Positions 1 through 9,422 of a stretch of DNA of 64,000 nt are shown here, one piece after another. The notes below the pieces were generated by a model. That model ran no database searches and had not been told where the DNA came from. It worked only from the letters and a program-made list of their open reading frames with translations. The translations under genes were made by a program, and so were the position numbers. The DNA is from Longimicrobiales bacterium (GTDB lineage: Bacteria > Gemmatimonadota > Gemmatimonadetes > Longimicrobiales > Gaopeijiaceae): assembly GCA_963664435.2 (NCBI GenBank), contig CAXXKM010000001.1:576001-640000 (forward strand), given 5' to 3'. Within the stretch, counting starts at the first letter, position 1. Every line of letters begins with the position of its first letter.

Positions 1-626
1 ACGATCGCGGGGCGCGGCACCGTCGACACCAGCAGCGCCGCGAGGGTGTTCTTTTCCTTCTCGCCCACCGCGACGTAGAGCGCGCGCGCCGCGTTGGTGA
101 CGAGCAGGATCACCGCCATGTAGGGAATCAGCAGGCTGAGCGCCCCCCCGAAGGCGCCCGAGGTATCGATCAGCACGACCTCGAAGGGACGCAGATCGCG
201 CAGGCGCAGGCCCCGCTCCGCGAGCCTGTCCTCGACGGCCCGCTGCTGGACCGCCTGCAGGTCCTGGCGCAACGAGGTCGCCGCCGCCCAGACCGCGTTC
301 TCGGCGGACGCCGCCCGGATCCGGTACGCCGCACCCTCCCGAAGCACGCTCACGTAGGCCTCGCCGCCGTCCGCAACTTCTTCCAGCGTCGCCAGGCGAA
401 CGAGCGGATTGGCGTCGAGCAGCCGGCGCAGGACATCGTCGGCTCCCGGGGCGACCACGGGTACCGGCCCGGAGTCGTCCCCCGCGAGCCGGTCGAGGTT
501 GCTGGCCAGCCCCATCAGCAGGGGGAAGAAGACCAGCGCGCTCGCCACCATGCCCCCGATGAGCCGGGCGTCCCGCCTCAGGACCCGCATCTCCTTGCCG
601 TAGATCAGCAGCGCCTTGCGAATCAT
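1..626 (-). CDS. ABC transporter permease, NatB-like (3' end outside window)
   Basis: ATG at 626 overlaps the ATPase stop (TGATG); reads MIRKALLIYGKEMRVLRRDARL, hydrophobic helices, and ...VGEKEKNTLAALLVS typical of ABC-2/NatB permeases. Confidence 0.8.
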   Translation of the reverse strand, partial: MIRKALLIYGKEMRVLRRDARLIGGMVASALVFFPLLMGLASNLDRLAGDDSGPVPVVAPGADDVLRRLLDANPLVRLATLEEVADGGEAYVSVLREGAAYRIRAASAENAVWAAATSLRQDLQAVQQRAVEDRLAERGLRLRDLRPFEVVLIDTSGAFGGALSLLIPYMAVILLVTNAARALYVAVGEKEKNTLAALLVSTVPRPAI

Positions 627-1375
627 CAGCCGCGCGCCTCCTCGTCCGCCCCCACGAGCGAGAAGAAGATGTCTTCGAGGTCCCCGAGTCCGGTATGCGC
701 CCTCAGCGATTCGAGGGTCCCCTCGGACCTGAGCTTCCCCCGATGGATGATGCCGATGCGATCGGCGAGCTTCTCCGCTTCCCACAGGATGTGGGTCGAG
801 AACAGGACCGTCTTGCCCTCCTCCTTCAGCAGGCGGATGTAGTCGATCACCTTCCTGGCGGTGAGGACGTCGAGCCCGGATGTGGGCTCGTCCCAGATGA
901 GGATGAGCGGGTCGGTCACCAGCGCGCGCATGAGCACGGTCTTCTGCTTCATGCCGGTTGAGAATACGTCGGTCCGCTCGTCGGCGAACCCGGTCATGTC
1001 CAGCAGATCGAAGATGTAGGCGAGATTGTCCTCGATGGCGGCCGGGGTCATGTCGTTCAGGCGGCCGAAGAAGTGGCCGATCTCGCGCGGCGTGAGGCGT
1101 TCGTAGACGCGGGTCTCGTACGACACGAAGCCGATCAGGGCGCGGATGGCGGCTTTCTCGGTGCGCACCGGGTGTCCCCGCATCCAGGCCTCGCCCGAGG
1201 TCGGGTCCATCAGCGTGCTCAGGATGCGCAGCACGGTGGTCTTCCCCGCCCCGTTGGGTCCCAGAAGCGCGTAGATTTCGCCCTGGTCGCAGTTGAGATC
1301 CAGGCGATCCACCGCCCGCACCCGCGTTCCCCCCCGGGACCGGAATTCCTTGCTGAGCGCCTCGGTGCGGATCAT
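626..1375 (-). CDS. ABC transporter ATP-binding protein, NatA-like
   Basis: Walker A GPNGAGKTT, signature FSTGMKQK, Walker B LIWDEP, H-loop STH. Confidence 0.9.
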   Translation of the reverse strand: MIRTEALSKEFRSRGGTRVRAVDRLDLNCDQGEIYALLGPNGAGKTTVLRILSTLMDPTSGEAWMRGHPVRTEKAAIRALIGFVSYETRVYERLTPREIGHFFGRLNDMTPAAIEDNLAYIFDLLDMTGFADERTDVFSTGMKQKTVLMRALVTDPLILIWDEPTSGLDVLTARKVIDYIRLLKEEGKTVLFSTHILWEAEKLADRIGIIHRGKLRSEGTLESLRAHTGLGDLEDIFFSLVGADEEARG

Positions 1376-1510
1376 GTCGTTCTTTTCACCGGTTCCAGTC
1401 GCGTTCCGCTGCGTTTCCGGTCACCGGGCACCCTACGTGCCCTTGATCGAAGACATGGCGCGTCGTCACTATGCGGGGGAAGTCCACGGGGGAGGACCCG
1501 GAGAAGCTAT

Positions 1511-2701
1511 ATGCGCACCAGGCTTTCCGCGATATTGCTCGCCGCGCTGGCGTGCGACGGCGGCACTTCGCCCAGCCCACCCGCCCGAGTCGTCGTGACG
1601 CCGGGCGTGAAGCTGCTGGCGGAGGCGGGGGCTACCTTTCGCTTCGCCGCCCGGGTGACCGATGCGCAGGGCTCGGCCATCTCCGGGGCCGAGGTTGCGT
1701 GGTCGGTCGCCGATCCCTCCGTCGCGACCGTCGACGCCACGGGGCAGGCCACCGCCGTCGCAGCCGGCAGCACGGAGGTTCGGGCCGCGGCCGGAGAGGC
1801 GTCCGGCACGGCCACCCTGGAAGTGTACATCCCCGCGCCCGTCGCCGAGTACGCGCCCGGCCAGACCTATTTCGGGCGCAACCGGTACGTCGAATACATC
1901 GCCGGCGACCTGCCCCTGGTCGTGAGCGCGGGGCACGGGGGCGGCGAGGAGCCGGACGAGATTCCCCGCCGCACCTGGGGGACCCTCGGGCGGGACTCGT
2001 GGACGCAGGAGACGACGCGCGCGGTCCGCGACTCGATCATCGCGTACTTCAGGGGCGGCCAGCCACACATCGTCATCAGTCGGCTCCGCCGCACGCGCCT
2101 CGATCCCAACCGGGAGATCGTGGAAGCCGCCCAGGGGAGCGAGTTCGCGGAGCAGGCCTGGCGCGAGTACCACCGCTTCATCGCAATTGCACGCGCCCGC
2201 GTCGCCGAGGACCACGGCCGCGGGCTCTACGTGGACATGCACGGCCACTCGCACCCCACCCCGCGGGTCGAACTGGGGTATCTGCTCACCGGAGGCGACC
2301 TGAGCCGCTCCGACGCCCGGCTGAACGAGCCGCGCTTTCCGGAGCAGTCCAGCATCCGCTCGCTCGCCCGCCGGGTCGATCTCTCCTTCGCCGACATCGT
2401 GCGCGGCCCATCGAGCCTGGGGGCGTTGCTCACGGACGAGCGCATCACGACCGTGCCCAGCCCGCTGATCCCCGATCCGCATGGGGAACCCTTCTTCAGC
2501 GGCGGCTACAGCACGCGCCGGCACGGGTCACTGGACGGAGGCGTCGTCGACGGCGTCCAGATCGAGCTGCACAGACCGGGGATCCGCGATACCGACGAGA
2601 ACCGCCGGCGTTTCGCGGGTGCCCTGGCGCGGTCGCTCAGGTTCTTCCTGGAGACCCACTACGGGTTCGCGCGCGAGCAGGGCACGGCCGCCGGACGCTG
2701 A
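1511..2701 (+). CDS. Lipoprotein: Ig-like (Big_2) domain plus N-formylglutamate amidohydrolase-like domain
   Basis: GGAG RBS, signal with lipobox ALAC; WSVADPSVATVD Ig motif; GHGG, LDPNR, DMHGHSH, QIELH motifs. Confidence 0.7.
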   Translation: MRTRLSAILLAALACDGGTSPSPPARVVVTPGVKLLAEAGATFRFAARVTDAQGSAISGAEVAWSVADPSVATVDATGQATAVAAGSTEVRAAAGEASGTATLEVYIPAPVAEYAPGQTYFGRNRYVEYIAGDLPLVVSAGHGGGEEPDEIPRRTWGTLGRDSWTQETTRAVRDSIIAYFRGGQPHIVISRLRRTRLDPNREIVEAAQGSEFAEQAWREYHRFIAIARARVAEDHGRGLYVDMHGHSHPTPRVELGYLLTGGDLSRSDARLNEPRFPEQSSIRSLARRVDLSFADIVRGPSSLGALLTDERITTVPSPLIPDPHGEPFFSGGYSTRRHGSLDGGVVDGVQIELHRPGIRDTDENRRRFAGALARSLRFFLETHYGFAREQGTAAGR

Positions 2702-2825
2702 CGCCACAAGCCCCCCGGGTCCGCCCGCGTTTTCGAGCGGCGACGCGTCCGGGGCCCACAGAGCGGCGGAGGGCCCTCTTTCGGCCGCCACTTCAGGCCC
2801 GGAATGGCGAACAAGGAAAGGGGTG

Positions 2826-3344
2826 CTAGACCGGGAGGCTCCAGTCCACGATCAGCGCGGTCATGATCGCCGTCACCCAGCCCATGACGACGTCCCCCGG
2901 ATAGTGCACGCCCAGGTAGGCGCGTGACACGCCGATGGCCAGCCCGAGACCGAGAACGATGAAGGCCACCAGCGGGGCAAGCGCGAAGTAGAGCGGGATC
3001 GCGACCGCCAGCCCGGCGGTGGCGTGTCCCGAGGGAAAGCTGAAGCGGTCGGGGGGTTCCAGGACGAACAAACCCGTCGGCCGCAGCTTCGGCCGAGGCC
3101 GGTTGATGGTGCGCTTCAGCAACTGCACCAGCAGATGCGAGACCGTGAGCACCGCCAGGCACTTGAGCCCCACCCTGCGCAGGCCGGACGGGAAGCCGAA
3201 GCTGAGTGTCGCCGTGATGCCCACCATCGACGGCCAGTCACCCGCGTGGGTGATGCAGCGCATGAAGATGTCGAGCCACCGCTTCCGGCGGGCGGTGATC
3301 ACATCCAGAATGCGCTCGTCGTATGCCCTCAGTGCCGTCATCAT
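2826..3344 (-). CDS. PAP2-family phosphatase
   Basis: KRTINRPRP, SFPSGH, SRAYLGVHYPGD motifs; start chosen at ATG with GGAG RBS (3464 possible). Confidence 0.9.
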   Translation of the reverse strand: MMTALRAYDERILDVITARRKRWLDIFMRCITHAGDWPSMVGITATLSFGFPSGLRRVGLKCLAVLTVSHLLVQLLKRTINRPRPKLRPTGLFVLEPPDRFSFPSGHATAGLAVAIPLYFALAPLVAFIVLGLGLAIGVSRAYLGVHYPGDVVMGWVTAIMTALIVDWSLPV

Positions 3345-3650
3345 GAGTAGACTCCGCTCCTTGCGGCGTGCGCGCTCTCGCCGGCGAATTCCGCGTATCC
3401 CTGCAACAGCCCGTCGATCATCCCGGGCCATGTCCGCGTCCTGGCGAACGAGCGCGCGGCGCATCCCATGTTACGCAGATGGAACCGGTCGGCAAGGGCC
3501 TGAGGGTCGCCTCGGCAAGCGCGGCCGGATCCCGGGCGCGGACCAGCGCCGCGGTGCAGCGACTCCGACACCCCAACGTGCAGCAATTCGGAGATGTTTC
3601 GGGGACGCGAACGTTGCCCACCCGAAGACGACACGGTAGATACCCGGGAT

Positions 3651-4253
3651 ATGGATCCCGCCCTGGAGCAACTGGTGCAGCGGACGCACGGCCTGCAGCC
3701 GTGGCGGAAGGTGGTCCACGCCGCCTGCGGCCTGGGGCTGGCCGGGCTCATCCGGCTGGACATCCTGGCGCCGCTGGCGCTCTCGGTCAGTCTCGGTGCG
3801 ATCATCCTGACGGCGGTCGCTACGGACGTCCTGCGCCTCCGGCGACCGGACCTCAACCGCAGGTTCTTCATGGTGTTCCGCCACCTCGCTTCACCCCGGG
3901 AAGCGCTCAAGTGGGCGTCGTCGACCTGGTACGTGATCGGGGCCGCCGCCGTGATGCTCGTGTTTCCGAGCCGGGTCTGGATCCCCAGCATCCTGGTGGT
4001 CGCGCTGGCCGATCCGTGCGCCAGCGTCTGCGGCCAGCTCTGGGGCCGCGCCGAGCCCGGACAGCCTTCCCTGCTCGGGTCCGCGGTTTTCTGGGCCGTG
4101 GCGACGCTGTGCGTGTTGCCGTTCGCCGGACCCGGCCCGGCTGTGGTCGTCGGCCTGGTGGCGGCGGCCGCCGAGCGGGCGCCCATCCCGGTGGACGACA
4201 ACGTGACGGTGGCGCTGGTCGCCGCGATCGCGCTCACCCTGCTCACGGGATAG
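3651..4253 (+). CDS. CTP-dependent polyprenol/diacylglycerol kinase family membrane protein
   Basis: RKVVH, ADP..S..G, SLLGS, AE...VDDN motifs with multiple TM helices. Confidence 0.75.
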   Translation: MDPALEQLVQRTHGLQPWRKVVHAACGLGLAGLIRLDILAPLALSVSLGAIILTAVATDVLRLRRPDLNRRFFMVFRHLASPREALKWASSTWYVIGAAAVMLVFPSRVWIPSILVVALADPCASVCGQLWGRAEPGQPSLLGSAVFWAVATLCVLPFAGPGPAVVVGLVAAAAERAPIPVDDNVTVALVAAIALTLLTG

Positions 4254-4287
4254 CCGCCCGCGGTCGACCCGCGCGGGTCGGCGCCGG

Positions 4288-7110
4288 TCAGGGCACCTGG
4301 TTCTCCGGATACAGGACAACCTTCACGAACCGGTCGTCACGCAGGTACCGGAGCGCGGCCTCCTGCACCTGGTCCGCCGTCCATCCCTCGATGAACTCGT
4401 ACGAGGTCACGTAGCTGTAGTCCACGCCCAGCTGGTCCAGCCGCTGAAGGCGGCCCAGCCAGTAGCGGTTCTGTTCGAGCTGGGTCTCCCTGGTGCGCCG
4501 CTGGGTCTCGCGCACCTTCTCCACGGTCTCGGCGTCGGGGCCCTCCAGCTGAAGCCTGTCGATCTCCTCGAACACCACCGCCGCCAGCTCCTCGGCCCGT
4601 TCCGGCGCCGACCCGAAGCTGATGCGGAGGGAGTATTCCTGGTCCGGGCGGTGGGAGAGGAAGCCGCTGACGCCCACTCCGTAGGTCCCGCCCAGATCCT
4701 CGCGCAGCAGCTCGCGAAGGCGGATGTCCAGCACGTCGGCGAGCGCGGAGATCGCCATCTCCTCCTCCCGCGAAAACTCCGCATCTCCCGCAAAGACGAT
4801 CCGGGTCTGGCTCTGAGGTTCGAGCCCCTTGCGCACCTCCCTTTCGATCACGCCCTCGGGAGGATCGATGCCCACGTCCCGCCAGCTTTCCACGCGCCGC
4901 AGGCTCGGGAGTCCTCCGAGCCAGGTTTCCACCAGCGGCCGGATCTCCTCCGGAGCAAACGCGCCCACGAAATAGAAGACGAAGTCGCTCGCGTCGGCGA
5001 AGCGATCCTGGTAGAGGGCGAAGGAAGCGTCCAGGTCCAGCCGCTCGATCATCTCGTCGTCGGGCGGGAGCGCCCGCGGATGCCCCTGTGTCACAATCAG
5101 GGACACCGTGTCCCCGAGCGCCGCGGCGGGACTGGCTCCCCGATTGGCGAAGATCCCGGACAGGAGTGTCTTGTAGGCCGCGAACGCGGTCTCGTCCTTC
5201 CTCGGGGCCACGAAGCGCTGATAGATGAGCTGGAAGGCGGTCTCGATGTCGCGCGGAGAGGCGTTGCCGCCGATGCTCTCGGTCAGCCCTCCCACGCTCG
5301 CCGAGACGCGCACGTCCTGGCCTGCGAGCTTCTTCTCGAGGGCAAGCTTGTCGAACGCTCCGACTCCGCCCTCCACAACGACCGCCGAAGCCATGCGAAC
5401 GCCCGCGAACTCATCGTCCGGGACCAGCGAGCTGCCCCCGGGACTGGTCGCCGCGAAGAGGATCTCGTCGTCCCGGAAGTCCGTCGGCTTCAGGACCACG
5501 CGCACGCCGTTCTCGAGGGTCCACACCGTCACCCCCACCTCCTCCACCGCTTCCTCGTCGACCACCGGGGACCCGGTCGGAACCGCGGCCACCAGCGGCG
5601 CGTCCACCGCGATGTCCACGTAGGGCTCGATTTCCCGGTCCGCCACCGACGCGAACACGCCCTGGATGTCCTCTTCGGTGGGCACCTCCAGTTCCGCCTT
5701 CTCGGGGGCGTTGGCCATGACCACGCGTCCCCGCTCCTGCAGCCACTCCCCGGCCAGGCCATTGACTTCGTTCAGCGTGATCGCCGGCACAAGCGCGTTC
5801 GCCAGCTCCAGCTCGTCCTCGGGGCTGGTGAACGCGGTGCCGGTCAGAAAAGCCTGGACATAGCGCCCGGCCAGACTGCCGGACTCCTGGTTCTCGCGTT
5901 CGGCGAAACGGCGCTCGAAGGCGCGCGTGACCTCGGCCTTCCGGCGTTCGAACTCCGTCGCGGTGAACCCGTGGCGCCGGACGCGCTCCGCCTCCGTGAG
6001 AAGCGCCTCCAGTCCGCGCTCGAGGCCGCCGTCCGGCACCAGCGCGAGCAGCTGATACATGTCCAGGGCGCGCACGAAGCTCCCGCCGGCCGGGAAGGCG
6101 AACAGGAAGGGCGGGTCGGCCTGTTGCGTCAATTCCTCTAGGCGCGCCGCCATCATGCCCTCGTACAGGTTCTCGGTGATGCCGCGCCGGAACGCGGCGA
6201 CGGTGCCCCGGGGGGCCACCGGCCTCTTGTACAGCACCGACACCTGCGACTGCAACGCCTCGACGTCGGTCGCGATGGCCACCCGCGGCGGGTGGTCGAA
6301 GGGCACCTCCAGCGTCGCGCGCGGGCGCGGATCGGCAGGGGACGCGAGGCTCTCGAACCGGCTTCGGATCATGCCCTCGATGGCTTCCCCGTCGAAGTCC
6401 CCGACGGCGACCACCGCCATGAGATCGGGCCGGTACCAGTCGCGGTAGAACCGCTGGAGCGCCGAGGCTGGAGCCGTTTCCAACACCTCCGTTTTCCCGA
6501 TCGGCAGGCGGTCCGCATAGAGGGAACCCTCGAACAGAATGGGAAGCTGGGCGTCGAACATCCGGGCCTGAGCCCCCCGCCCGAGCCGCCACTCCTCGAT
6601 CACCACTCCGCGCTCGCTGTCGACGTCCTCGGGTTCGAAGAGCAGGCCTCGGGACCAGTCCTGCAGGATCTGGAACGCCGTCTCCACCACTTCCGGATCG
6701 TCCATGGGGATGCGCAGCATGTAGACGGTCTCGTCGAAGCTGGTGTAGGCGTTGATGTGGGGACCGAACTGCATCCCGATCGACTCCAGGTAGTCGACCA
6801 GTTCCTGCTTCTCGAAGTTCTCGGTGCCGTTGAAGGCCATGTGCTCGGTGAAGTGGGCCAGACCGAGCTGGTCCTCGTCCTCCAGGATGGAGCCGGCGTT
6901 CACCACCAGGCGAAACTCGGCGCGGTTCTCGGGGGTGGCGTTCTCGCGCACGTAGTAGCGAAGGCCGTTTTCGAGTTCGCCAACCGTGACCGCGGGGTCG
7001 GCCGGGAGCGGTCGGTCGGGCGCCGGCGCCTGTGCCGGCAGCGCAGCCGGAGCGAGAAGCGTCCCGGCCGTGACGAGCAAGGCAACGCAGGCGATCCGGC
7101 GCGGATGCAT
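4288..7110 (-). CDS. M16 family zinc protease (PqqL-like), exported
   Basis: HFTEH inverted zincin motif, NAYTSFDETVY, LREDLGGTY; signal peptide; alternative start at 7221 (GAGGAAG RBS). Confidence 0.92.
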   Translation of the reverse strand: MHPRRIACVALLVTAGTLLAPAALPAQAPAPDRPLPADPAVTVGELENGLRYYVRENATPENRAEFRLVVNAGSILEDEDQLGLAHFTEHMAFNGTENFEKQELVDYLESIGMQFGPHINAYTSFDETVYMLRIPMDDPEVVETAFQILQDWSRGLLFEPEDVDSERGVVIEEWRLGRGAQARMFDAQLPILFEGSLYADRLPIGKTEVLETAPASALQRFYRDWYRPDLMAVVAVGDFDGEAIEGMIRSRFESLASPADPRPRATLEVPFDHPPRVAIATDVEALQSQVSVLYKRPVAPRGTVAAFRRGITENLYEGMMAARLEELTQQADPPFLFAFPAGGSFVRALDMYQLLALVPDGGLERGLEALLTEAERVRRHGFTATEFERRKAEVTRAFERRFAERENQESGSLAGRYVQAFLTGTAFTSPEDELELANALVPAITLNEVNGLAGEWLQERGRVVMANAPEKAELEVPTEEDIQGVFASVADREIEPYVDIAVDAPLVAAVPTGSPVVDEEAVEEVGVTVWTLENGVRVVLKPTDFRDDEILFAATSPGGSSLVPDDEFAGVRMASAVVVEGGVGAFDKLALEKKLAGQDVRVSASVGGLTESIGGNASPRDIETAFQLIYQRFVAPRKDETAFAAYKTLLSGIFANRGASPAAALGDTVSLIVTQGHPRALPPDDEMIERLDLDASFALYQDRFADASDFVFYFVGAFAPEEIRPLVETWLGGLPSLRRVESWRDVGIDPPEGVIEREVRKGLEPQSQTRIVFAGDAEFSREEEMAISALADVLDIRLRELLREDLGGTYGVGVSGFLSHRPDQEYSLRISFGSAPERAEELAAVVFEEIDRLQLEGPDAETVEKVRETQRRTRETQLEQNRYWLGRLQRLDQLGVDYSYVTSYEFIEGWTADQVQEAALRYLRDDRFVKVVLYPENQVP

Positions 7111-7460
7111 CGCCGCTCGAATGCCGGGGGGAGTATGTCCACGGGCTGCCGGGGCAGCGCGGACCATGCCCGAGCGCATGGAGAGGGGACGGAGCGGTGA
7201 GGTTCTCGCGAGGCCGTTCATGCTCTTCCTCGTGGGGTGGCAAGGGACGTCACCGGGAACGCGGCCGGGACATTTCCGGTTCCACGCGGACGCGCGTGCG
7301 ACCATAATCATCGCGTGACCCGCATCGCTCGGGCAACGCCGGGACGCCGGTCGTTCCGGGCTGGCCCTTCGTGGCAAGGATCGGGTCGATTTCGCGGGGC
7401 GGAACCATCAGTTTAGGTGAACCCCTGCCCCGACGACCTGTGCCCGAGCATCGGATGAAC

Positions 7461-8303
7461 ATGACCGACTACGACCGAATCGAGTCCGCCATCCGCTACC
7501 TCGACACCCATCGCGTTCGCCAGCCGGACCTCGCGGAGCTGGCGGCGCACGTCGGGCTCAGCCCGAGTCATCTGCATCGCCTGTTCTCCAGGTGGGCGGG
7601 GGTCACGCCGAAACGCTTTCTGGAGTTTCTAACCGTCCGGCACGCCAGGAAGTTGCTCGACGATTCCGAATCCGTTCTCTCCGCGGCCTACGGGAGCGGT
7701 TTGTCCGGTCCCGGGAGGCTGCACGATCACTTCGTGGCGGTGGAGGCGGCAACGCCGGGGGAGTACCGGAGCCGGGGCGCCGGGCTGCGGATCGGCTTCG
7801 GTATCGGGGATTCTCCGTTCGGGCCGGTCTTTGTCGCGTGGACGGCGCGCGGCATGTGCCGGGTCTCGTTTGCCGGCGCGCGGGATGTCGAAGCCGAGAA
7901 GAAAGCGCTCCGCCGGACCTGGGGGCGGGCCGTGCTGGAAGCCGACGAGTCGCGGGCCCACTCACTCGCGGGGACCATCTTCGCGGCGCCCTTCGACCCC
8001 GAAGCCGGCCCCCTGACCGTGCATGTGCGCGGGACGAACTTCCAGCTCGCCGTGTGGCGCGCCCTGCTGCGCATACCCACCGGCGCGGTCACGACCTACG
8101 GACGCCTCGCCGCGCAGGTCTGCAGCGCCCGGGCGGCGCGCGCGACGGGCAATGCGGTAGGCAGCAACCCGATCTCGTTCCTGATCCCCTGCCATCGCGT
8201 GATCCGCGCCACCGGCGAGTCCGGAAACTATGGCGGAGGGCGCTCGCGCAAGCGCTGCATGCTCGGGTGGGAAGCCAGCCGCGGGGCCGGGGCCGCGACC
8301 TGA
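7461..8303 (+). CDS. AraC-HTH / methylated-DNA-protein-cysteine methyltransferase (Ada/Ogt type, lacking the Zn domain)
   Basis: LSPSHLHRLFSRWAGVTPK HTH; GTNFQLAVW, IPCHRV active site. Confidence 0.9.
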   Translation: MTDYDRIESAIRYLDTHRVRQPDLAELAAHVGLSPSHLHRLFSRWAGVTPKRFLEFLTVRHARKLLDDSESVLSAAYGSGLSGPGRLHDHFVAVEAATPGEYRSRGAGLRIGFGIGDSPFGPVFVAWTARGMCRVSFAGARDVEAEKKALRRTWGRAVLEADESRAHSLAGTIFAAPFDPEAGPLTVHVRGTNFQLAVWRALLRIPTGAVTTYGRLAAQVCSARAARATGNAVGSNPISFLIPCHRVIRATGESGNYGGGRSRKRCMLGWEASRGAGAAT

Positions 8304-8524
8304 CTCCCGGACATTCATCCGACGAAGTCGAGCCCATGTTGTCAGTAGACACCAGTTGTCATCAGTAGACAGACTCGGCTGAGCCATTCAACGTCCCCCC
8401 GCTGGTGCGCCCGGGACCGGAAGCGGCTATGTTCGCCTCCCGATAACGATCGACAGTCCACCGCCTCGGGACCTTCAAACCCCGAGCGCCGGATGCCTCC
8501 CCGGAAGCCCGGACCCATCCCCGC

Positions 8525-9307
8525 ATGAAGATCGCGACCTGGAACGTCAATTCCATCCGGGCACGCCAGGAGCGTGTGCTGACCTGGCTGCGCCTGCACC
8601 GTCCCGATGTCCTGTGCCTGCAGGAGCTGAAGGTGGCGGACGACGCGTTCCCGCTTGAGGCGGTCGAGGAGCTGGGCTACTACGCCGCGGTGTACGGCCA
8701 GCGCACCTACAACGGCGTGGGCATCCTGAGCCGCTCGCCCGCCCGCGACGTCGAGGTGGGTATGGGGCCCGGCGACCGCGACCCGCAGGCGCGCCTGGTG
8801 GCGGCCACCGTGGACGGCGTCCGGGTGCTCTCGGCTTACGTTCCCAACGGGGCCCGCGTGGGGACGGACAAGTACGGCTACAAGCTGGACTGGCTGCGGC
8901 GGCTGCGGGAGCATCTGGAGCAGACCGCTTCTCCCTCCGAGGCGCTGGTGCTTGCCGGCGACTTCAACGTCGCCCCGCGAGACACCGACGTGAACCAGCT
9001 GGAGGACTGGAAGGACAGCGTCCTGTGTCACTACGCGGCGCGGGACGCTCTCGAGCGCATTCGCGACTGGGGACTCGCCGACGTCTTCGAGAGGCATCAC
9101 CCCGAGGGGTCGATCTACACCTGGTGGGCGTATCAGAGGCTGGCCTTCCCCCGAAACAACGGGCTGCGCATCGACCACATCTACGCCACCGAGAGCCTCG
9201 CCACGCGCTCGACCGATGCCTTCGTGGACCGGGAGGCGCGCAAGAAGGGACCTTTTACCGAGAAGCCCTCGGACCACGCCCCGGTGGTCGCGGAATTCGA
9301 GATCTGA
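8525..9307 (+). CDS. xth: Exodeoxyribonuclease III
   Basis: MKIATWNVNSIR, LQELK, YVPNG, GDFNVAP, RIDH, SDHAPV. Confidence 0.95.
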   Translation: MKIATWNVNSIRARQERVLTWLRLHRPDVLCLQELKVADDAFPLEAVEELGYYAAVYGQRTYNGVGILSRSPARDVEVGMGPGDRDPQARLVAATVDGVRVLSAYVPNGARVGTDKYGYKLDWLRRLREHLEQTASPSEALVLAGDFNVAPRDTDVNQLEDWKDSVLCHYAARDALERIRDWGLADVFERHHPEGSIYTWWAYQRLAFPRNNGLRIDHIYATESLATRSTDAFVDREARKKGPFTEKPSDHAPVVAEFEI

Positions 9308-9422
9308 CAAGCGCGCTCGGCGGTCGGACGCGACCGGCGAATCCGGAGCGGCGGACGCGGCACCCGAATCCGGGGAGCGCCCGGACGCGCGGGGGCTTCG
9401 ATGGCCGCTGTCGGAGCCGCAA

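Noticed and set aside
7280..7308. Sigma70 promoter TTCCAC-17-CATAAT upstream of ada/ogt
   Set aside because: The -35 match is weak and cannot be supported without transcription start data
9335..9392. Imperfect direct repeat CGAATCCGG..AGCG..CGGACGCG between convergent xth and feoB
   Set aside because: Only two degenerate GC-rich copies, not found elsewhere in the window by eye
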